DNA of 64,000 bases from an uncultured Methylomirabilota bacterium. Lineage in GTDB: Bacteria > Methylomirabilota > Methylomirabilia > Methylomirabilales > 2-02-FULL-66-22. Location: positions 896,001 to 960,000 of the forward strand of contig OY970067.1 of NCBI GenBank assembly GCA_963705305.1. The letters run 5' to 3'. The notes below the pieces were generated by a model. It worked only from the letters and a program-made list of their open reading frames with translations, searched no databases and was not told where the DNA came from. The stretch's first letter is position 1. Each line of letters opens with the position of its first letter. Shown here piece after piece: positions 57,188 to 64,000 of the stretch. Made by a program: the position numbers and the translations under genes.

Positions 57188-57397
57188 TCACCTCCTCGCT
57201 ACCTCCCGGCGGGCGGCCTCCAGCACTGCCTGCCACTCACCATGGGTCAGCCGCTCGCTCGTCGGTCGAATCTTGCTCGGGCTCTCCCCTTTCTCCAGGG
57301 CAGCCACCGCCACCTGGAACGCCGCCTCGATGGCGCCAAGCCACTCCTCCTGCGCGGTGAGCGTTGGGATCGGCCGCGCCTCGACGACGGCCGTCAT
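57188..57397 (-). CDS. Small hypothetical protein
   Basis: 69 aa, SD-like upstream, tightly packed with its neighbours. Confidence 0.5.
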   Translation of the reverse strand: MTAVVEARPIPTLTAQEEWLGAIEAAFQVAVAALEKGESPSKIRPTSERLTHGEWQAVLEAARREVARR

Positions 57398-58137
57398 GTC
57401 ACCCGCCTCGATTCATCCATCCGCCACCCCCCTTCAGGGATCGTAGTCCTGCCCGTCCCGAACCACGACGGTCGCGGGCCACTTGAACCGACATTTCCCA
57501 TCCGACATGCGCCCCGCGACCATCGCGGGCCATTCAGCCTCATTGGCGAACACCATATCATCTCTGACAGTGTCTGACAGTGCCGTCAAGCCTTTTTGCG
57601 GCTCCAAGACTGGATTCCCGACTCCGGGATGCCCTCTTCGCCCCCCCGGCACCCTGAATGTGCAAAACAGCCGTCTGCACCAAACGGCGGACTAACCCCC
57701 GTGGACTTCAGCCACAACAAGGCCATATCTCAGCCTCCACCGCCTATCTGGGTCAAGCGCAAGAGTCCCGATCCTGGAGACGCCAAGAAATGCCTTCGCT
57801 CATCGGGAGACTCGGCGATTGAGGCGCGGTGCCAACACACGGGACAATCGGTTCGCGCAGCCTCGCTGTTCGTCGCCCTCCCCCTCCGAGTCTTCGGAGG
57901 TGCTCCGATATACCGTGCAATTCCCGCCCCTACCGCCCCCGAGGGGATAGGGCAGCATCGCCCTCAACCACGTGATTCTATGCGACGGAGACCTCCGGAG
58001 GCCACGGGAGCGCCGAGTGGATACGGCCTTGCATGTTCCCTTAAAAGGGGGCTCTGTTCGGAGAAGCCCGAGGAGGTTGAGGCCGGTCTTGAGGGAACCG
58101 CGTCACCCACGGAGGAGGAGACTATGGAACAAGATAA

Positions 58138-58254
58138 ATGGTGATTCTCCGTGGCAGCGTAGGCAACTTGGCAGAGTGTCAGGAAGCTGAGTACGCTGCT
58201 TGGTCAGCTCCCGGCGTGTCTGAAGTCGAGAACAAACTAACGGTTACAGGTTAG
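58138..58254 (+). pseudogene. BON-domain fragment
   Basis: V.LRGSV....[20 protein letters not shown]. Confidence 0.65.
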
Positions 58255-58286
58255 ACAGCGGTGGCCACAGGCAAGGGGGAACACAC

Positions 58287-58673
58287 ATGGCGCACCACCA
58301 CGGGAGTGAATACCAGGTCAGAATTGTTCACGAGGACGGAACGGAGGACCTGAGCGGGTGGATGCAGAGCGAAGAGCAGGTGGCTCCAGCGCTGGCTGCC
58401 ATCCACCGGCCGCACGGCACCGCGTACTGGCTTCGGGCACGAAGCGTTCGCTGTCCCGACTGCCTCGAGAGGGACCAGGGCATCTGGGAATGTCCCCTGA
58501 CGGGTATCCCGTCTTCCCGATGCAGCCCCCACGACTCCGAGTATCTGCTCGCCGTGGGGTGGAGGAACCGGACCGAGGTGCCCCAGCAGCGGCGAACCAT
58601 TCCCGCACGCGAAACGACGACGTTGTATGCAATGGCATTGGAGATTGTCGGCTCCGCACAGCGAGCGGCGTGA
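58287..58673 (+). CDS. Hypothetical protein (CxxC)
   Basis: 128 aa, SD-like upstream, RCPDC and ECP. Confidence 0.55.
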   Translation: MAHHHGSEYQVRIVHEDGTEDLSGWMQSEEQVAPALAAIHRPHGTAYWLRARSVRCPDCLERDQGIWECPLTGIPSSRCSPHDSEYLLAVGWRNRTEVPQQRRTIPARETTTLYAMALEIVGSAQRAA

Positions 58674-59031
58674 GGGTCGGGGAGTACACCTGAACCCCCT
58701 CACGCCGCCCTCCGCCGGCGGCCGGGGCTCCGGGAGCCCCAGCGCCGCCCGGACGGCCGCGCGCCATGTCGCGAACCAGTCGACCAGGGCGCTCCCACTG
58801 GCCTCGCCCTCCCCGTCGAACTGCGGCCAGTCGTCGACCGCCTGTTCCAGCAGCCGGCGGTACGCCGTCTCCTTTGACTCCGCCTCATCGCACATCCGGT
58901 CCCCTCCTTCCGGGCCCCCCTCTGCCGGGCGGCCTCCTCAGTCTTGGGCAGGGGTCATGATCGTCACGCACGGCTTCCCGGCGTCGTCCGGCCCGCGGTC
59001 AGGTCCGCCTGACACGGGGGGCGGTGAGCCG

Positions 59032-59286
59032 CTACGCTTGTTCCTCGTGCACCGTCTTCTGGTCGATGTATTCTTTGGCGGCCTCAACGGCCTCATCCTC
59101 CGAATCGTATTCTCCTGGGATCCGCATGGCTGCGTCCGTCAGGGAATCCTTGGTGGGCATCTTCCGCGGTCCGAGATTCACGATGGAAACGAGCCAGGAT
59201 CCCCTGGACAATTCCATGGTATGGATCCGGTGCTGTTTGTAGACTGGACTCTCCTTCAATTCGCTTGAACCTCCTTGCTCATTCAT
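59032..59286 (-). CDS. Small hypothetical protein
   Basis: 84 aa, ends in EAVEAAKEYID. Confidence 0.55.
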   Translation of the reverse strand: MNEQGGSSELKESPVYKQHRIHTMELSRGSWLVSIVNLGPRKMPTKDSLTDAAMRIPGEYDSEDEAVEAAKEYIDQKTVHEEQA

Positions 59287-59343
59287 GCCGGCAACTCCCC
59301 CCGCCTTCTCGCACTTACCTTCCGCGCCGCGAGCGCTGCCCCT

Positions 59344-59586
59344 TCAAAACTTCCGGACCACAACCAGCCCCCGGCGTGCCGCCCGGAATTCCACGCCGTG
59401 GGTGTGGTCCGCATCGAAGAAGCGCAGCCGCTCTTCGCCCGTCGATGGGTCGTGGATGAGTTGAGCGTTCCCCTCCTCGATCGCTCGGCAAAAGAAGGTC
59501 CGCAGCTGCGCGGGCAAAGTCAGCAGGAAGGAATCTTTCCGCACGCCGGGGGACGTGTTGCGGTCCTCAGCCATCGGCTTCCCCAC
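59344..59586 (-). CDS. Small hypothetical protein
   Basis: 80 aa, tightly coupled to the upstream ORF. Confidence 0.5.
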   Translation of the reverse strand: MGKPMAEDRNTSPGVRKDSFLLTLPAQLRTFFCRAIEEGNAQLIHDPSTGEERLRFFDADHTHGVEFRAARRGLVVVRKF

Positions 59587-59588
59587 CT

Positions 59589-59933
59589 TCAGCCTTTCAC
59601 GAAGGCGAACTTTACTCCGCAGCGTTCGCAGTGGGTCAGCACTTCGTAGCGTGCCCGGTCATACTGCTTGACCCAGTCGAAAGTGGCATCGTCAGTCTGC
59701 TCTGCTGCCTCCGGACGGCCAGCCTGGACCCAGCAGTCGTGGCACAAACTGATGGGTTGGTTCGGCGCATGCGGCGAGGGGATCTCCGGGACGTCGTAGG
59801 CAGCCACGCGATTCTCTGTGGCGGCCTCACTTCCAAGCCCGGGATGTTCGAGGTTGAAACGATCCGCTGCGTCCTGCCCGGGAAAGGCAGCGTGCTCTGC
59901 CTTCGCCAACTCTTTCCTCTCCACCTCATCCAT
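59589..59933 (-). CDS. Hypothetical Zn-finger protein
   Basis: CHDC ... CERC; strong SD GGAGGAGG. Confidence 0.6.
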   Translation of the reverse strand: MDEVERKELAKAEHAAFPGQDAADRFNLEHPGLGSEAATENRVAAYDVPEIPSPHAPNQPISLCHDCWVQAGRPEAAEQTDDATFDWVKQYDRARYEVLTHCERCGVKFAFVKG

Positions 59934-60208
59934 TTCGCTCCTCCTCCTCCCGCCGCTGCCAAGCGTCACCTTGGCGGCGGCACCGCCGCGCTGGCCCCGC
60001 TGCTCATCGCCTCTCTGCCTCCAGCTCTGACGCGGGCATCTGACGGGCCCCGGCCATCGGCACGGCACCCCGGGCATCCCGGAGGGGCCAGAGCGGATCC
60101 GTCGCCCGGCGGGAAGCGTGCTCCCGGGCGGCCTGCAGCTGGCGGAGGGGCTCACCGCGCTTGCGCGGGAGAACCCCTTCCGGAGTGAGAGCCTGCTTGC
60201 TCACGGCT

Positions 60209-60415
60209 TCACTCCACCAGGTCGGCAATCGACACGCCGAGGGCCTTGGCCAGCCGGACGGCCACGGCAAGAGACGGATTCAGCTTCGACCCAGTCTCCA
60301 GGCGAGCTACATACTCTTGGCTGATCTCTGCTTTCTCGGCGAGTTGCACCTGGGTCAATCCTTTCTTTTCGCGGATCTTCCGGAGCTGCATGCCGAACCC
60401 CTTGATAATACCCAT
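60209..60415 (-). CDS. XRE/Cro-family HTH regulator
   Basis: LRKIREKKGLTQ.QLAEKA.IS..YV..LE.G...NPS......LA.ALGV. Confidence 0.92.
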   Translation of the reverse strand: MGIIKGFGMQLRKIREKKGLTQVQLAEKAEISQEYVARLETGSKLNPSLAVAVRLAKALGVSIADLVE

Positions 60416-60707
60416 TGGTAATATCCCCCCTGGTTCTAGACTTTCCAGGGGTTATTTTGGGCTTCCTGTCGATTTCTCACCTGCTCCATCAGATCCCGCT
60501 TCCCCCGCCGGATCAGTTTCTTTTCTGGCCTTTGGGCCGCCTCCCGGAGGCCCGCGGCGGACCGGACGGAGCAGCTCCAGGATGCGGTCGAACTCCTTGG
60601 CATCCGCCATGAGCCTCGATTTCGAGACGCTCATGATTTCTCTCTCCCCCTAGAGGCTTTCGAGAGTCGTTGCGACAGGGACCGGAGATCACGCAGCCTG
60701 TTCGCCT

Positions 60708-61040
60708 TTACCGGAGTCGGACCTGGCTAGTATGGCCCCCGCCGGCCTGGATGTGGAGGCGCACCGTCTTCACTTTCGCCAGTTTGTCACGAACGGCCTC
60801 CGGGTCCCATCCGCCTCCGGTCTCAGCATAGCGCGTGAGCCGCTCTTCGACCCGTCCGAGCGCCCGGCATACCTGGTCTTTGTCCTTTTGCTCCAGTCGC
60901 ACAGACCCCCCTTCGGCCTTCGCCTTGCTGAAGGCCGCGTTGAGGATCCGGCCGGCCTCCTCCTCGACACCGTCTCGTTGGAGTGCGTCCAGGCCCCACT
61001 CTGTCAAGCTACGTGAGAGGTTAACCCCTGATTCGCCCAT
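60708..61040 (-). CDS. Hypothetical protein
   Basis: 110 aa helical protein, SD AGGGGGAG. Confidence 0.55.
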   Translation of the reverse strand: MGESGVNLSRSLTEWGLDALQRDGVEEEAGRILNAAFSKAKAEGGSVRLEQKDKDQVCRALGRVEERLTRYAETGGGWDPEAVRDKLAKVKTVRLHIQAGGGHTSQVRLR

Positions 61041-61182
61041 CGCGTCAAGCTCCCCCTTTACCTTTCGTCTGCCTATCGCCGCATCCGTCCCTGGATCAGG
61101 CCAGGTGCTCCAGCTGTAGGCCCGCCTTCCCCGCCGGGACTTTTACCGATCCCACGAGCCGGACGTCCCTGTTCGCCTGAGC

Positions 61183-61668
61183 CTAGGCTTTCCAGTGCTG
61201 GCTGCGAGGGTCCTGGGACGTGTCGGTGCCGGCTTGGGGCCCGGGTCGGGCTCCACTCCCCTGGGCTTTCATCCTGTGCTTCCGCTGGCGCTCCGCGCTC
61301 CCGAGGGTCGCCCGGATGACGGCGAGGAGGGCCTCGAGGCGAAACGGCTTCGCGAGGCACGCCGCGGCCCCCGACTGGTAGGCAAAGCGGCTCAGGGCGG
61401 CGTCCTCGCCCAGCGTCAGGAAGACCACCGGGATCGGCGCGGTCAGGGGATTCGCCTTCAGCTGCCGGAAGACCTCGTAGCCGTCCAGGTCGGGCAGCCG
61501 GACGTCCAACAGGATGAGGGCCGGGGCCAGACTCGCCGCCGCGGTGAGGCCCTCCATCCTGTCGGCGGCCTCGAGGCTTTCATGGCCGGCGATGCGGAGC
61601 ATCTCCCGGATGGCCATCCGCAGATCGGCGTCATCACCCACGATCAACACGCACTTCTTTCCCGCCAT
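61183..61668 (-). CDS. Response-regulator receiver domain protein, possibly degraded; a second receiver fragment lies at about 61690-61800
   Basis: VLIV.DD, P.LILLD..LP.LDG.EV...LK....T..IPV.FLT, KPF. Confidence 0.85.
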   Translation of the reverse strand: MAGKKCVLIVGDDADLRMAIREMLRIAGHESLEAADRMEGLTAAASLAPALILLDVRLPDLDGYEVFRQLKANPLTAPIPVVFLTLGEDAALSRFAYQSGAAACLAKPFRLEALLAVIRATLGSAERQRKHRMKAQGSGARPGPQAGTDTSQDPRSQHWKA

Positions 61669-62334
61669 GGTTGCTCTGTGTCCTTTCATCCAGGAGGACC
61701 AGCGCCGGGCGCTCCCTGCTGGCCATCATGCGCCCGTCCAACCCATCTGGGGACACGGCGACCCGATAGCCGTGGGCTTCCAGCCGCTCGCGCACCCTAG
61801 GTTTCGGTCCACCCAGTGATCTGTCCATATCGCGACCTGATGTGCTCTTTGGCGGCATCGATCACCGTCTGCAGGACAGCGCTCTGAAAGTATGCCGGCT
61901 CATCATGTTTGACTGTGGGGAGCCCTTTACCGCGCTCTTCCCGCGCGGCAAGCGATGTGTGGAGGATGTCCACTCGCGCGCTAAAATCAATCCCTGACCG
62001 AATGACAGTTATTGAAAATCGAATCCCGCCGATAGGTCCTGCGCTCCGGCATCACCTGCGATGGTCTTGATTGTTGTCATTTTCAGGAGCCTCCCCGTTT
62101 TTTGCACGCAGCAGCCCCTCATAGAATATTACTGTCTGGAGGATCTAAAAATCACCCTCGATGCCTTCCATGGGGCCTCCTCTCCCACGGTGGTCAACGT
62201 CATAATGATCACGCGTCCCGAAGACGCTCCAGCGTCGCCTCGAGGAGCCATCCCAAGTCCTGCTCCTTGGCTGCTTGACGCCTGTTTCGCTTCCGCCGGC
62301 TGAGGGCTACCCGGCAGCGACCGAAGCACGCCGC

Positions 62335-62637
62335 TCAGGACTCCGGCAAGGGGAGTTCCCGCTCCCCGATCTGAATCAAGGGGGAGCCGTCGGGCCGAAG
62401 GCCGATCCGGAGGCGCTCCTTCCCCAGGCGGTCGTAGAAGATCACGTGTGGCGCGTGCGCGTCGATGTCCAGCCGGGCCCGGATCTCGCCGCGCTCATCC
62501 TGCACCACAAATTCTCGCGCCTCCACCTTCCGGCTCGTGACGAGGGCGCGCACCTGGACTTCCACGTTCTTCAGGCGGTCAACGATCATGTCCAGCCGGG
62601 CGGTCAGCCCTCTGTGCTCGGGTGCTTCTGGGGTCAT
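62335..62637 (-). CDS. Hypothetical protein with beta-repeat units
   Basis: VEAREFVV.D..G..RA.L ... FYD..G..RL.IG...DG.P; same repeat as the ORF ending at 63405. Confidence 0.65.
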   Translation of the reverse strand: MTPEAPEHRGLTARLDMIVDRLKNVEVQVRALVTSRKVEAREFVVQDERGEIRARLDIDAHAPHVIFYDRLGKERLRIGLRPDGSPLIQIGERELPLPES

Positions 62638-62688
62638 CGCTGGTCCTCATCGTTAGAGCCGGCGCTCTCTTCGTGTCCGGCAGGCTTC

Positions 62689-63153
62689 TCAGGCGAAGCC
62701 CTCGGTACCCAACCCCGCCTGCTCTGCCAGGATCTTCAGGAGCTCCCTCAGCCGGTTCGCGCGGTCTTCCCGGCAGAGCGGCTCCGCCATGCCCCAGGTA
62801 TTCACCTCGGCAACGATCTTCAGAGCGGCCGCAAGACCCCGCACCTGCTGGGGGCTCATTTCGCTGAAGAGGATACCGCTCTGGTACTCTTCCGACTGAG
62901 GTCGTTCGGCAGGGTACTCCCAGGTGGAAGGCCGCGTCCAGACGATCCGGCCGGACAGGTGTAGCCGACCCAGGGCCCAAGGGAGGTCTACGGTGCAGGG
63001 CTGTCCCTTCTCGAGGAGCGCCTCGTGTGCGATGCGCGTCCCTTTGATACTTAGGTCCAGGAGGGTCGGGGCCTGGAAACCCGGCTCGGGACAGCCAAGG
63101 TCGTGCGGGACGGGGAGGCGTATGAATTGGCGGCGCTCGACTCTTCTGCCCAT
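62689..63153 (-). CDS. PilZ-domain protein
   Basis: ERRQFIR (RxxxR), DLS.KG (DxSxxG), GRIVW, GI.F. Confidence 0.8.
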   Translation of the reverse strand: MGRRVERRQFIRLPVPHDLGCPEPGFQAPTLLDLSIKGTRIAHEALLEKGQPCTVDLPWALGRLHLSGRIVWTRPSTWEYPAERPQSEEYQSGILFSEMSPQQVRGLAAALKIVAEVNTWGMAEPLCREDRANRLRELLKILAEQAGLGTEGFA

Positions 63154-63404
63154 GGTCCCCTCCACTTCTCTCCCCCGTGGGGATCCACGCCGGGCGGACG
63201 TGAGGTCCGACGCCTGAGGAATCAGGCGAAATCCTCCGGCCCTAAGCCCGCCTGCCTGGCCAACACCTTCACCAGCTCCCGAAGACGGATCTCTTTGTCC
63301 GTCCGAGCCTCCAGACGCCTGCGCCGACTGAGAGCTGCCAGAATCTTTCCCGAGCACCATCGCTCGCTCCAGGGTCTCCGCCTAATTAACCAAGCCAAAC
63401 GTTT

Positions 63405-64000
63405 TCATGGCACCGACCAGATCTCCTTGCCGGTCTCATCGCGCAGCTGCAGCGTCGGCCCGTCCTTGGTCACGCCCAGCGCGGCGCGGTTCTTGCTATT
63501 CTCATCGAGCAGGGTAAAGAATGGTGAACCGTTGCCCCTCACAAAAAGCGCCGCACGTGTCTTCGCAACACTGTCAAATAGACGAAGGCCCGGCGATCCA
63601 TCAGGAGCCACGAGTAACCAGGCCCGAGGGGTTCCAGACTTATCTATGAGCATGAGGCCCGGCCCTCCATCGCGCCCGACATCGGCCCGCACAATCAACC
63701 CCAAACGTATGTTCCCGTTCTGGTCGAACAGACGCAGCCTTGGTTCGTCCTCTTTCAGGTCCAATGCGGCGCGGTTCTTTCCATTCTCATCGGACAGATT
63801 TAACACCGGCCCGGCCTTGGACACGCCCAGCCCAATGGTGGTCTTGCCGATCTCGTCGGACAGCAGCAGCATTGGCCCGTCCTTGCCCACGGTCAGCATG
63901 ACGCGCGGCTTCCCGTTCTCATCGAGCAGGGACAACCCCGGCCCATTCTCGTCCACGTCCAGCATGGCGCGGACCTTGCCCGCCGCGTCTTTAACGACAA
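63405..64000 (-). CDS. Repeat-rich beta-strand protein (5' truncated by window)
   Basis: About 8 tandem units of ~22 aa, GP.L.L.D..GK.R..L.V..D. Confidence 0.75.
   Translation of the reverse strand, partial: VVKDAAGKVRAMLDVDENGPGLSLLDENGKPRVMLTVGKDGPMLLLSDEIGKTTIGLGVSKAGPVLNLSDENGKNRAALDLKEDEPRLRLFDQNGNIRLGLIVRADVGRDGGPGLMLIDKSGTPRAWLLVAPDGSPGLRLFDSVAKTRAALFVRGNGSPFFTLLDENSKNRAALGVTKDGPTLQLRDETGKEIWSVP

Overview
High-GC bacterial DNA; the repeat types and gene content suggest a Methylomirabilota/NC10-like or related lineage (weak inference). About 1-19.76 kb is intact housekeeping/metabolic sequence: molybdopterin oxidoreductase (partial), alpha/beta hydrolase, an acyl-CoA synthetase-ACP-acyltransferase fusion, ATP pyrophosphatase, UroD-family protein, a small GIY-YIG nuclease among palindromic REP repeats, CMD/AhpD, M20 peptidase with peptide ABC genes, glgD-glgC, a TPR protein, a two-subunit class I fumarase, def and a NUDIX hydrolase, plus two MITEs inserted at stop codons. 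About 19.8-64 kb is an accessory mosaic. It holds a Liv-type ABC/amidohydrolase/AKR/MmsA catabolic cluster and relics of IS3, IS1634, IS481, IS630, IS91-type oriIS ends and Y1 transposases. It also has a tRNA-Glu 3' fragment (att-like), several attC-like sites without an integrase, and a prophage/ICE-like run of small ORFs. The two best candidates for an undescribed system are (i) a lower-GC three-gene unit, NUDIX-isoprenyl-diphosphate-synthase fusion / SIR2-STAND NTPase-FGE / radical SAM (35997-41862), and (ii) a TIR-like / 4TM / TM-NDT-like unit ending in an attC-like site (32271-34600). A third signal is the apparent directional A:T->C:G decay of the IS relics. All family calls come from motifs recognised by eye; no searches were run.
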